From contig CAKVLR010000002.1 of assembly GCA_934757855.1 (NCBI GenBank), positions 157,825-221,824 on the forward strand: a stretch of DNA of 64,000 nt, written 5' to 3'. The translations under genes were made by a program, and so were the position numbers. Under the pieces are notes generated by a model that saw only the letters and a list, made by a program, of their open reading frames with translations, made no database searches and had not been told where the DNA came from. This document shows positions 38,392 to 47,790 of the stretch, piece by piece; position 1 is the stretch's first letter; each line of letters begins with the position of its first letter. Source of the stretch: an uncultured Clostridia bacterium (GTDB lineage Bacteria > Bacillota > Clostridia > Christensenellales > UBA1242).

Positions 38392-39327
38392 TTATTGCAA
38401 ATTTTTAAAAACAATATCTAGTTCGTTTAGGAGTGCTTGATAATCGCTTTCTATGCTTAATTTTGCGCGAATTTGTCTAGGCACGCCAGCGTGTTTTAGG
38501 TAAAAAACTAATTGCTTGCGCATAAACGGAATAACATATTTTTCTGGGGCTTCTATGAGCATCATTTCGTAGTGTCTTTTGATAATTTTTAGTTTATTTT
38601 GCTCAAAATCGGTATTTGTTAATTCAGCAAAAATCCACGGATTTCCGATTGCGCCACGCCCGATTGCGATTGCATCAATGCCGTAGCGTTCCATTTTCGC
38701 TAGCGCATCGGCTTTTGAATTTATATCGCCATTGCCCACAACTGGAATACTTACCGCTTGCTTAACTAGTGCTATTTTATCCCAGTTTGCGCACCCTGCA
38801 TACATTTGCTCGCGCGTCCTACCGTGCATACAAATACTATCCGCCCCGCTATCTTGACACATTTTTGCAAAGTCTAAAAAGTTTTCACTCTTGCTATCCC
38901 AACCTAAACGAAATTTTACGGTAACGGGCTTATCTGTATGTAATTTTACAGCGGTAATAATTTTACTTGCTAGCGGTAAATCACGCATAAGCGCACTACC
39001 CATTCCGTTGCTGACTACTTTTGGCACAGGACAACCCATATTTATATCTACAATATCAAAGCCCGCAATTTCTGGCAATTGCACGCAGTCCGCCATAACA
39101 CAAGGCTCGTCACCAAAAATTTGTACTGCGGTCATTTCATTATCTTGCTTTTTTAGCAAATCTTGCGTACTACCAGAACAAGCAATCAAGCCCCTTGCGC
39201 TCACCATTTCGGTAGTCACCAAACCCGCTCCAGCCTCGCTACATAGCGTGCGAAAAGTACTATCAGTGTAGCCCGCCATAGGCGCTAAAAAGTATGGATT
39301 TTTCAGTATTTTACTGCCGATTTTCAT
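38392..39327 (-). CDS. dusB: tRNA-dihydrouridine synthase
   Basis: Start moved to 39327. LAPMAGYTD, DINMGCP and HGRT motifs. Confidence 0.9.
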   Translation of the reverse strand: MKIGSKILKNPYFLAPMAGYTDSTFRTLCSEAGAGLVTTEMVSARGLIACSGSTQDLLKKQDNEMTAVQIFGDEPCVMADCVQLPEIAGFDIVDINMGCPVPKVVSNGMGSALMRDLPLASKIITAVKLHTDKPVTVKFRLGWDSKSENFLDFAKMCQDSGADSICMHGRTREQMYAGCANWDKIALVKQAVSIPVVGNGDINSKADALAKMERYGIDAIAIGRGAIGNPWIFAELTNTDFEQNKLKIIKRHYEMMLIEAPEKYVIPFMRKQLVFYLKHAGVPRQIRAKLSIESDYQALLNELDIVFKNLQ

Positions 39328-39337
39328 AAATACCCCC

Positions 39338-39370
39338 ATAAAAAAAGGCGGACTATTTTGCCCACCTTTT
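39338..39370 (-). terminator. rho-independent terminator after hup
   Basis: Minus strand AAAAGGTGGG-loop-TCCGCCTTTT (two G.U pairs), followed by TTTTTAT. Confidence 0.55.
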
Positions 39371-39381
39371 AAAATTAAAAC

Positions 39382-39657
39382 TTACGCGTTGACTGCGTCT
39401 TTAAGAGCCTTGCCAGCCTTGAAAGCAGGAACTTTGCAAGCAGGAATTTTGATTGCTTCTTTAGTTGCTGGGTTAACACCAGTACGAGCGGCACGAGTGC
39501 GAGCCTCAAATTGACCGAAACCAGTCAAAATGATTTTGTTACCTGCCTTCATTTCGTCTTGGATTACTTCGAGAACAGCGTTCACGATTTTAGCAGTTTC
39601 AGCATTTGAAAAACCTGCCTTGCTAGCAACTTCTGCTATAAATTCTTGTTTGTTCAT
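39382..39657 (-). CDS. hup: DNA-binding protein HU
   Basis: MNKQEFIAEVA...GFGQFEARTRAARTGVNPATKEAIKIPACKVPAFKAGKALKDAV, a canonical HU with Arg-rich arms and the arm proline. Confidence 0.95.
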   Translation of the reverse strand: MNKQEFIAEVASKAGFSNAETAKIVNAVLEVIQDEMKAGNKIILTGFGQFEARTRAARTGVNPATKEAIKIPACKVPAFKAGKALKDAVNA

Positions 39658-39758
39658 TACTTTTTCTCCTTTTTGTAATGTTTAATGGAGTATAGCATAT
39701 TTTGGCGTATTCTCCAAACGATTTTAAGCAATTTTGCAAATTTTTCTCAAAAAAAGCC

Positions 39759-40049
39759 CTATTTTTGCACCAAAACACCCAAAAAACGCTTTTTTAGTGA
39801 CTCACTGGCCTTAAATTTAGGCACAAAACGCGACACAATGTCACCATTTTTTGCTAAATATCTATTGCCTATTTTATCAAAATCGTAATATTTGGCATAA
39901 AATTTACCAAAACCAGTTAGCACTACATTCTCGCCACACTCAACCGCTTGCGTGATAATTTCCAGCATAGAATTGACCGCATTTTTGCAATCGCTAATAC
40001 CCAAATTTGTACGCTTCGCAAGCAAGCAAATTATATCGTTTTTATTCAT
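39759..40049 (-). CDS. divergent HU/IHF-fold paralog
   Basis: The N-terminal helices align with HU (MNKNDIICLLAKRTNLGISDCKNAVNSMLEIITQAVECGENVVLTGFGKF). The beta-arm region reads YAKYYDFDKIGNRYLAKNGDIVSRFVPKFKAS, lacking the R-x-G-R-N-P-x-T arm. Confidence 0.6.
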   Translation of the reverse strand: MNKNDIICLLAKRTNLGISDCKNAVNSMLEIITQAVECGENVVLTGFGKFYAKYYDFDKIGNRYLAKNGDIVSRFVPKFKASESLKKRFLGVLVQK

Positions 40050-40087
40050 TTTTTGTCCTCAGCAAAGTATAGACGAAATATTATTTT

Positions 40088-41656
40088 TTATTCAGTATGT
40101 ACGCGTTTCATTCGTTTTAATCTAAATCGTTTAATTTCACTAAAATCAACCCCAAACGCCCATAGCGCAAAAATATACACAATACACGCCGTTATATACG
40201 CTAGCGGTAGCACTATATATATAGATATATGTAGCAAGTTAAAATTCAACAAAGTTAGTGCTACTCCCATGCTCCCTAGCATACTAGGCAAAGCGCGTTT
40301 AAATGAAAAGCGATAGCCTAATTTTTTACGAATAAAAATTTGATTTGCCAAAAATGCAAAACCATAGAAAGCAAGGCTGGATATTACGCAACCAAATATA
40401 TTTATTTCTGGAATAGTAACAAGCAGAAATGTAAGCCCTATTTTTAATCCACCAGCGAGCAACATATTTAGCATAGTGATTTTTCCGTACCCCAACCCCT
40501 GCAAACTACTATTTTGCACTTGCAAAAGCGCGCCAAGTAATATAATAGGGCTACTGCAAACCAGCAAACTACTGGCTAGGTTTGTGTAATTTTGCCCACC
40601 CAAACTTTCACTATACAAAAACTGCATTAAACTTTGCGGGGTAGTCACAAAAGCAACCACAATCGGCAAGCAAAATAGTATTACCAAGAAATTTGCCTGC
40701 CCCAATCTTTCTCTTACTTTTCCCTTATCTTTTAGGCTCGCCACGCTCGGCACAATGCTTATAGCAACCGCTAGCGTAAGCGCAATCGGCATATTAATAA
40801 GGCTATTTACCACCCCGCTATCAATTCCCCACATTTTAGTTGCTTTCAACTCGTTAAATCCCGCACTGAGTAGCAAATTTACCACCATAAAACTGTCTAT
40901 CATTACAAGCAACGGCAAAGTTATGCTTGCAGTTACTATCGGTAGCGCCGTTTTAACCAAATCGCGCAAGATTTCGCTATATTTGATACTATGAAATATA
41001 CTATGCGATGTGGTTTTTTGTTGTTTTTTCTTATCTTTTAGATAAATTATCGCTAAAATACATACTGCGAGTATTTCACTAACCGTTACCCCTAGCAAAG
41101 CCCCAAAAGTGCCATATTCGATACCTTTATCAATCAAAAGATATGCAAATAGCAAGCCAAAAATCAGTTTTGCGCCCTGCTCGATGATTTGGCTAAGAGC
41201 CGTTGGTGTCATATTGCTACAACCTTGAAAATACCCACGAAACGCACTCAAAATACTCACAAAAAACACCGCTGGCGCAATTCCTATATAGCCTAGCGCA
41301 CCCAGACTGTTTCCTTGTAATGATGCAATTTCGCCCGCAAAAATAACCAATAATGCACTAAACGCAAGCCCAACTACGCTCATAACGCCCAGACTTACGC
41401 GAAATATTTTTCTCGCGTTTAAAGGGTCGCCATCTTGTTGCCGTTCTGCCACCATTTTGCTAATTGCAGTTGGCATACCCGAACTCGAAAGCACAATCAA
41501 AAGCGCAAAAACTGGATAAATTAATTGATATACGCCCAAGCCTTCCGCTCCCAATACCCAAGTTAGCGGAATACGGAAAATCGCGCCTAGTATTTTTGCT
41601 ACCACGCCCGCAACAAATAATATAGCGACTCCACCCATAAATGTTTGAACTTTCAT
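40088..41656 (-). CDS. MOP-superfamily polysaccharide/lipid II flippase (SpoVB/MurJ-like)
   Basis: 522 aa, about 14 TM. N-terminal KILGAIFRIPLTWVLGAEGLGVYQLIYP....L..SSSGMPTAISKMVAE matches the SpoVB/Wzx pattern. Confidence 0.75.
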   Translation of the reverse strand: MKVQTFMGGVAILFVAGVVAKILGAIFRIPLTWVLGAEGLGVYQLIYPVFALLIVLSSSGMPTAISKMVAERQQDGDPLNARKIFRVSLGVMSVVGLAFSALLVIFAGEIASLQGNSLGALGYIGIAPAVFFVSILSAFRGYFQGCSNMTPTALSQIIEQGAKLIFGLLFAYLLIDKGIEYGTFGALLGVTVSEILAVCILAIIYLKDKKKQQKTTSHSIFHSIKYSEILRDLVKTALPIVTASITLPLLVMIDSFMVVNLLLSAGFNELKATKMWGIDSGVVNSLINMPIALTLAVAISIVPSVASLKDKGKVRERLGQANFLVILFCLPIVVAFVTTPQSLMQFLYSESLGGQNYTNLASSLLVCSSPIILLGALLQVQNSSLQGLGYGKITMLNMLLAGGLKIGLTFLLVTIPEINIFGCVISSLAFYGFAFLANQIFIRKKLGYRFSFKRALPSMLGSMGVALTLLNFNLLHISIYIVLPLAYITACIVYIFALWAFGVDFSEIKRFRLKRMKRVHTE

Positions 41657-41723
41657 ATTGTTATTTTAATTCAAAAATGCAAAATTATACAAAAAAAGAG
41701 TGCCATTTGCACTCTAATCTTAT

Positions 41724-42023
41724 CTATTTCTTAAAAAGTTCAATTATATTTTTCTTTTTACTTAATGGCAGACTATTTATAAGTTGTTGCAATTCGAGGT
41801 CTATTTCGTATTCAGCAATATTACTACTAAAAAATCTACCAATAGGAAAATTGCATATTTCCAGAATTTGCAAAAGTTTTTCAACGGTCAACACAATTCG
41901 CCCACTTTCTATTTGAGCAACATATTGCGGACTCATACCCATTCGTAAACTTAATTCGCGTGCCGATAAATTTGCCTGATTTCGCACATAGCCAATTCTA
42001 TTTAATATCTCTTTTATATCCAT
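41724..42023 (-). CDS. XRE-family HTH regulator
   Basis: Start moved to 42023 (RBS GGAG). IGYVRNQANLSARELSLRMGMSPQYVAQIESGRIVLTVEKLLQILEI. Confidence 0.8.
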   Translation of the reverse strand: MDIKEILNRIGYVRNQANLSARELSLRMGMSPQYVAQIESGRIVLTVEKLLQILEICNFPIGRFFSSNIAEYEIDLELQQLINSLPLSKKKNIIELFKK

Positions 42024-42174
42024 CAATTTTACTCCTATGTTCAATTATAGTTTATACTTAAAATATAAATAATAACCAACATACATAATTTTCAGTTATT
42101 TTATATAAAATGAATACTATTAAACATAAAATGTGCTATAATATTTTACAACAATCGAAAAGGAGTAATAAAAT

Positions 42175-42576
42175 ATGACCTTTAATCACAAAACCTGTAG
42201 TTTTTTTGGTCTGGATAACCTTAAATCCACAAAAGAAAATAAAACTAAATTTAAAAATTTAATAAAATATTTAATAATGAATAAAAAGATTAAAAATTTT
42301 TATTTCTGTAATTGTGGAATATTTTGTAATATTTGCCACGATATTATTATGAAATTAAAACTAGAATATAGTGATATACAAAATGTTAATTATTCGTTAG
42401 AAGAATTTAAAAGCTTAGATAAACATTATTTTACACTATTATGTTATCAAATCTATGAAATGATTTATCGCAGTAGTTATGTTGTTGTTTATGTCAACAA
42501 TAAAAAAAATAATGAAGCAAGTAAAATTTTAAAATATGCTTTAAAAAAGAAAAAACAAATAATTAATATTTGTTAA
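42175..42576 (+). CDS. small Cys-cluster protein, possibly a truncated SLOG (DUF1273/YpsA-like) fold
   Basis: GGAG RBS. 133 aa in an extremely AT-rich patch. CNCGIFCNICH cluster. Loosely collinear with YpsA (KNLIKYLI....IKNFYF..CGIF...C...IMKLKLEYSDI and ...SYVVVYVNNKKNNEASKILKYALKKKKQIINI). Confidence 0.3.
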   Translation: MTFNHKTCSFFGLDNLKSTKENKTKFKNLIKYLIMNKKIKNFYFCNCGIFCNICHDIIMKLKLEYSDIQNVNYSLEEFKSLDKHYFTLLCYQIYEMIYRSSYVVVYVNNKKNNEASKILKYALKKKKQIINIC

Positions 42577-42594
42577 TTTTCTTTATTAAAATTT

Positions 42595-43935
42595 TTACAA
42601 CTCTTTTACGGCTTTTTCGAGTATTGAGTTGATTTTTTCGATTTTTTCCAAATCTTGCCCCTCAACAAGTGTACGAATTAAACATTCTGTACCGCTAGCG
42701 CGCAAAACAATTCGCCCCTCGTTTCCTAGTTCTACTTCCAATTCATTGACTAAATCATTTAGCGCACCTTTTTCGACTTCTTGCTTTTGTCTTTCGCTTA
42801 CATAGACATTTGAATTTGCAATCAATGACCTATTTAGCCCAACCAGCAACTCATCGACTGATTTATTTTCCTCTTGCACAATTTTCAGCAAAAATAAAGC
42901 AGTGGTAATTCCGCAAGACTCGTTGTTTACCATTCCTACACTTATATGCCCGTTTTCCTCTCCGCCCAAATTAAAATCATTTGCAAGCATTTCAGTTTGA
43001 ATATGAATACCGCCCACTTGCGTGCGAATAGTATCAATACCAAATTGTTTTAGCGAGTTTTCTAGCCCGCAATTTGTGACAATGGTAGTTACTAGTGTAT
43101 CGTGCTTTAATTTATTTTTTTGCTTTAAATATTTGGCAAAAATATACATAATATCAGTGCCGTCTATAATTTTGCCACCTTTTTCGACTACCATTACCCT
43201 ATCAGCATCACCATCAAACGAAAAGCCAAAATCTACCCCATTTGATGCACATTCGGTAACAAAATTTTCTATATGCGTACTACCACAATCGCGATTGATA
43301 TTTACACCATCATTTTCAGTGTTAAAGCAAATCACTTGCGCGCCTAACATTTTAAATATATATGGAGCAACCGCAAAACTAGCACCATTTGCAGTATCTA
43401 GTGCAATTTTTAGTCCTTTTAACGACTTTATTTCCAAAGTAGAAACAATGTGGTCCACCCAAAGTTTCAACAAATCATCGTTAAATTCCATTCTACCTAT
43501 TTCAAGCGGAGGACACCCATAAAAACTATCAATATTGAAATAAATTTCCTCCAATTTTTTTTGCTCGCTTATAGGAAGTTTGTCACCCGTGTTTGCGTAA
43601 AATTTCAAGCCGTTATGCTCCGCTGGGTTGTGGCTTGCAGTGATCATTACACCGCCATCAACTTCCAAAGTTTTGGTAAGATATGCGAGTGCTGGCGTAG
43701 GCAAAATATTCGGCAAAATTGCACTAAACCCCATACTATTTAACCCCGCCACAAAGGCACTGCATAACATTTGCCCAGACACGCGCGTATCACGACCGAC
43801 TATCACCTTTTTGTGTTTTGCATTTTTCTCCAAAAGTAAAGCAAATGCCTGCCCGAGATTAAACGCAAGTTGTGCGGTTAACCTCTCATTTGCCACCCCT
43901 CTTATTCCGTCAGTTCCAAACAATTTATTTGCCAT
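42595..43935 (-). CDS. glmM: phosphoglucosamine mutase
   Basis: MITASHNPAEHNGLKF phosphoserine loop, FDGDADR, 446 aa. Confidence 0.95.
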   Translation of the reverse strand: MANKLFGTDGIRGVANERLTAQLAFNLGQAFALLLEKNAKHKKVIVGRDTRVSGQMLCSAFVAGLNSMGFSAILPNILPTPALAYLTKTLEVDGGVMITASHNPAEHNGLKFYANTGDKLPISEQKKLEEIYFNIDSFYGCPPLEIGRMEFNDDLLKLWVDHIVSTLEIKSLKGLKIALDTANGASFAVAPYIFKMLGAQVICFNTENDGVNINRDCGSTHIENFVTECASNGVDFGFSFDGDADRVMVVEKGGKIIDGTDIMYIFAKYLKQKNKLKHDTLVTTIVTNCGLENSLKQFGIDTIRTQVGGIHIQTEMLANDFNLGGEENGHISVGMVNNESCGITTALFLLKIVQEENKSVDELLVGLNRSLIANSNVYVSERQKQEVEKGALNDLVNELEVELGNEGRIVLRASGTECLIRTLVEGQDLEKIEKINSILEKAVKEL

Positions 43936-43980
43936 AATATCATCTATCCTCTTATTTTTTGACTATTTTTTATTGATTTT

Positions 43981-44907
43981 TTACTTATTTTTCTTTGCAT
44001 AACTACTTGCGTTTGTACCAGCGATTGCACCGTCCGAAATAGCGGTCGCAATTTGTCGCAAACTCTTGTCGATTATATCTCCACAAGCATACACGCCCGC
44101 AATATTTGTTTCCATTTGTGAATTAACTTTTATATAGCCATTTGATAACGCTATCTCACCATTAAGCAGTTCGACATTTGGATTTCTACCTATAGCCACA
44201 AACACGCCATCGACACAAATATCATTTTCAGTATTGTCTTGCACATCGCGCAAAATCATTTTTTCTAATTTGTTGTCCCCTTGCAAATCAACAACTACCT
44301 TGTTTAGACACTTTTCAATGTTTGCGGTTTTGCATAATTTTTCAAATTCTTCCACCACAACACTATCCGCTCTAAAACCTTCGCGCCTATGCACCAAATA
44401 CACTTTTTTTGCAATCGGCGACAAATAAATAGCATCTTGCAATGCCGTATTTCCTCCACCTACGACCGCAACTGTTTTATTTCTAAAAAATGCGCCATCG
44501 CACACCGCACAATAACTTACGCCTTTGCCGATAAATTTCTTTTCATTCTCAATACCGAGCCCACGCGAGCAAGCACCCATACTTAATATGATTGCAGGCG
44601 CCTTATATGTGACACCGTTAGCGACAACTTTTTTAATTTTTTCATCTAAAATACAATTATCAACTTCGGCAAAAAGTGTTTCCACGCCAAGTGCTGTCGC
44701 CTGCTCAAACATATTTTGACTCAGCATAAAGCCGTCTATATCTTTACAACCAGGGTAATTTGCAATAGTGCTAGTAAGCGCTACTTGCCCGCCTACCCCG
44801 TTTTTTTCTATCATCAAAACTTTTGCGCCCGCACGAGTTGCATAAATTCCAGCAGTCATTCCCGCAGGCCCGCCACCTATAATTATTACATCGTATTCCG
44901 TTTGCAT
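43981..44907 (-). CDS. trxB: thioredoxin-disulfide reductase
   Basis: IIGGGPAG, redox-active CAVCDG and VVGGGNTA motifs. Confidence 0.95.
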   Translation of the reverse strand: MQTEYDVIIIGGGPAGMTAGIYATRAGAKVLMIEKNGVGGQVALTSTIANYPGCKDIDGFMLSQNMFEQATALGVETLFAEVDNCILDEKIKKVVANGVTYKAPAIILSMGACSRGLGIENEKKFIGKGVSYCAVCDGAFFRNKTVAVVGGGNTALQDAIYLSPIAKKVYLVHRREGFRADSVVVEEFEKLCKTANIEKCLNKVVVDLQGDNKLEKMILRDVQDNTENDICVDGVFVAIGRNPNVELLNGEIALSNGYIKVNSQMETNIAGVYACGDIIDKSLRQIATAISDGAIAGTNASSYAKKNK

Positions 44908-45003
44908 AAAATTCTCCCGTACTTAAATTTTGACTTGAAATACACAAATCGTTATCATTATATAATAAAAAAACCATTTTACAAAGTAAAATAGCATAAT
45001 TTA

Positions 45004-45582
45004 TTACATTTTGTTTTGATTTTGCACTTTTGCTTTCGCTTTTTCTGATTCGCTGGCGCAATTTTCTTCATTTTGCGTAAACTCGACAATTTTCGTTTGC
45101 TTTGATGTGTGTAATTTTTTCATACACGCACGCGCAACAGGTTGTACAATCAATGTTTCTATCCAAAACACAACAAAGAAATTTCTAGGCCAAGCAATCA
45201 AAAGGTCGCTAAAAATTTTGGTTGTAACACTACCGCTTAAAATTTCGCCCCACAAAAGCCCTACAAATGTCATCAAAAATGACATAGCAGTTACAGCAAA
45301 AATAATACGGAACCAAATTCTTGCGTTAAAGCCGTCCGTTTCCCCGCCGAATTTTTTACACATAAATATAGCAAATGGACCTGCAATAAAGTTTTCTAGT
45401 AGCATTGCAATCACAAAGAATAATGGCCACGAATATAAAATATTCAGTAAAATTTGCCCATTTATCGTACCAAACGAAAGTGAAATATTAAATGTAGCCA
45501 TTAGTAGCGAAGTAATACCAGCAATTATACTGCCATAAAACAGTCCCTCGCGCTTTGTTTGTGGTAATCTACTTTCTTGCAT
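45004..45582 (-). CDS. membrane protein, DUF2798-like (putative)
   Basis: Start moved to 45582 (RBS GGAG). Two similar two-helix halves (...WP..F........F...P) followed by a Lys/Glu-rich tail. Confidence 0.4.
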   Translation of the reverse strand: MQESRLPQTKREGLFYGSIIAGITSLLMATFNISLSFGTINGQILLNILYSWPLFFVIAMLLENFIAGPFAIFMCKKFGGETDGFNARIWFRIIFAVTAMSFLMTFVGLLWGEILSGSVTTKIFSDLLIAWPRNFFVVFWIETLIVQPVARACMKKLHTSKQTKIVEFTQNEENCASESEKAKAKVQNQNKM

Positions 45583-45827
45583 ATTAATCTCCTTTTTGTA
45601 AAATTTCGTGAGAAAAAAAGAAAGCGCAAGCCCAATACAACTGGACTTACGCAAAACTATTTGCTACACGCTGATATCTTTATATTTTAACAAATCGAAT
45701 TATATTTTTCAAGCATTTTTAAAAAAATTTTAGTAAATTTTCGTTTTCTTATATGTAAAATATAGTAAAAATGTAACAAAACGCATATTTTTTTGCAAAA
45801 AGCAAACAACAATCAATGGAGGTTGAA

Positions 45828-46268
45828 ATGGAAGAAAAAGACTTTAAATTACTCACCAGTATGTATCAAAATTGCAAAACCGCTATTCAAAGTATTGCCG
45901 ACATTGAATCAAGTGTCGAAAACGAGGACTTGCGCGCAGAACTTCGTGAGCAATCTAGTGATTATGCTGATTTTGCAGAAAAATTGACAAAATTTAATAC
46001 TGGCGACCAAACTTTACCCGATAACAACTTTTTTGAAAAGGCGCGCTTGTGGACTTCGATTAAGATGACCACCCTTACTGACAAGTCAACAAGACACCTT
46101 GCAGAAATGTTGTTACTAGGTACGGTTATGGGTACTTTGCAGTGCTACAAAGATTTGAGCGATTTTCGCGACTGCGACAAAGAATTGCTTGTTTTGTGTG
46201 GCGACTTGCAAAAAATGGAGGAAAAACATTTCAATTACTTAAAAATGTTTCTTCAAAAAGATATTTAA
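45828..46268 (+). CDS. hypothetical helical protein
   Basis: Start moved to 45828 (RBS GGAGG). No motif I can name. A clean terminator follows. Confidence 0.5.
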   Translation: MEEKDFKLLTSMYQNCKTAIQSIADIESSVENEDLRAELREQSSDYADFAEKLTKFNTGDQTLPDNNFFEKARLWTSIKMTTLTDKSTRHLAEMLLLGTVMGTLQCYKDLSDFRDCDKELLVLCGDLQKMEEKHFNYLKMFLQKDI

Positions 46269-46279
46269 CATCACCTTCA

Positions 46280-46308
46280 AACTGTGGAAAAAATCCACAG
46301 TTTTTTAA
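46280..46308 (+). terminator. rho-independent terminator
   Basis: ACTGTGGA-AAAAA-TCCACAGT followed by TTTTTT. Confidence 0.8.
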
Positions 46309-46444
46309 TTAAAAAATTATCGTATTTAAAGTTACATTTTATATTTAAAATTTAGGCAAGCAAAAAATTTGTATTTTGTATTAACTGTTACACAACTAAA
46401 ACACCAAAACTTAGATAAGCAATCAACAATTAATTATGAACAAA

Positions 46445-46475
46445 AAAGAACTAGACTTTTCCTAATTCTTTTAAA
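46445..46475 (-). terminator. putative terminator after acpP
   Basis: Minus strand AAGAATTAG-loop-CTAGTTCTT (one G.U pair), then TTTTG. Confidence 0.45.
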
Positions 46476-46516
46476 TATTACACCAGCTTTAAAAGTTGTA
46501 ACCAGTGTATTCAATT

Positions 46517-46753
46517 TTATTTTGCGTTAACTTTTGCTTCCACATAATCAACTAATTTGCCGATAGTGTCCAAACCCTTTGCATCTTCATCAGGAACGGA
46601 AATTTGATACTTATCCTCCAAAGCAATCAACATTTCCACCATATCAAGTGAGTCGGTGTGCAAATCTTCAACAATGCGAGAGTCGCGAGTAATAGTACCT
46701 TTATCAATATTTAATTGCTCTGCAAGCAACTCAGTAACTTCATCAAAAATCAT
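46517..46753 (-). CDS. acpP: acyl carrier protein (stand-alone)
   Basis: 78 aa with the LHTDSLDMVEMLIALE phosphopantetheine-attachment motif. No fab/pls genes nearby. Confidence 0.9.
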   Translation of the reverse strand: MIFDEVTELLAEQLNIDKGTITRDSRIVEDLHTDSLDMVEMLIALEDKYQISVPDEDAKGLDTIGKLVDYVEAKVNAK

Positions 46754-46955
46754 TGTTCTGTCCTTTCTCCTTTTCTATAATATAATATTATATAGCATAA
46801 AAAAAGCGAAAAGTAAAGTAAAAAGCCAAAATTATAGCAAATATACAACTTTTAAAAGTTGTGTTAATTTTATCTAAATGTAAAAAAATAAGCAAATACT
46901 GAAATTTTATTTAAGTAATCCTTTTGAAACTAAAATTGTAATATATTAATTTTTG

Positions 46956-47017
46956 CTACATACTGACAAATTTAAGTCAGTAACTCACGAAATTTTGTCA
47001 CTATGTAGTATTTTTTT
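46956..47017 (+). terminator. orphan plus-strand terminator-like hairpin (possible 3-prime end of a small RNA)
   Basis: CTACATACTGACAAATTT (46956-46973) pairs with AAATTTTGTCACTATGTAG (46990-47008), with one mismatch and one bulge. 16-nt loop, followed by TATTTTTTT. There is no plus-strand CDS upstream. Confidence 0.4.
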
Positions 47018-47202
47018 GATTGTCTAGGAAACAAAAAATTTTTATCATACTAATAATAGTAAATCACTAAATACACAAATAATACCTAATTTTACCTATA
47101 TTTTTTACGATAAATTATTATATTTTTAACTATTTTTTTATATAATTAAATACAAAAAAGGCTAAAATATAGATTTTTCCATATTTTTACTAGCCTTTTT
47201 GA

Positions 47203-47790
47203 CTATTTTTCTGCTATGTCAAGATACAATGCAGGGTCAACGAGTTCGTTATTGAGCAAAACTTCTAGGTGTAAGTGCGCGCCATCGCCCGCCTCGGACT
47301 TTGCAGTGTTGCCAACTTTACCAATAACACTCCCTTTTTTCACAACATCACCAGTTTTTACAGGCACATCGCTAGCAAGTGAGGCATACACAACCGTTAT
47401 TCCACCACCAACATCAAGTTTTACAATATTGCCCATAAGATAGTTGTAAGTAACTTCGGTGATTTTTCCGTCCATTACTGCATAAACATCAGTGCCTTCT
47501 TCCGCAGAAAAATCTACCGCCTTGTGCGCTTGCCAAAGTTTCAAAGTCTTGTTGTATTTTAGCGCAGTATTTGAGTAATCTTTAATCAAAGCAAGGTCGC
47601 TAACAGGGTTTGAAAATTTTACCACATCTACATCAACTGGGTTAAAGTCCTCGTTATCTGCTGGTTTTGGCTTATTTACACACGCCAAAGTCACCACCAA
47701 TACTAAAAGCGCAATACTAAGCGTAAGCCCTACCCAATAACCATATTTTTTGAAAAATTTTGAAATTGCTGAATTTTTGTTTGCTTGCAT
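47203..47790 (-). CDS. membrane-anchored M23 (LytM) metallopeptidase, SpoIIQ-like architecture
   Basis: Start moved to 47790 (RBS GAGGAGGAAAGG). N-terminal TM. HKAVDF (HxxxD), GTDVYAVMDGKI, and HLHLEV (HxH). Confidence 0.8.
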   Translation of the reverse strand: MQANKNSAISKFFKKYGYWVGLTLSIALLVLVVTLACVNKPKPADNEDFNPVDVDVVKFSNPVSDLALIKDYSNTALKYNKTLKLWQAHKAVDFSAEEGTDVYAVMDGKITEVTYNYLMGNIVKLDVGGGITVVYASLASDVPVKTGDVVKKGSVIGKVGNTAKSEAGDGAHLHLEVLLNNELVDPALYLDIAEK

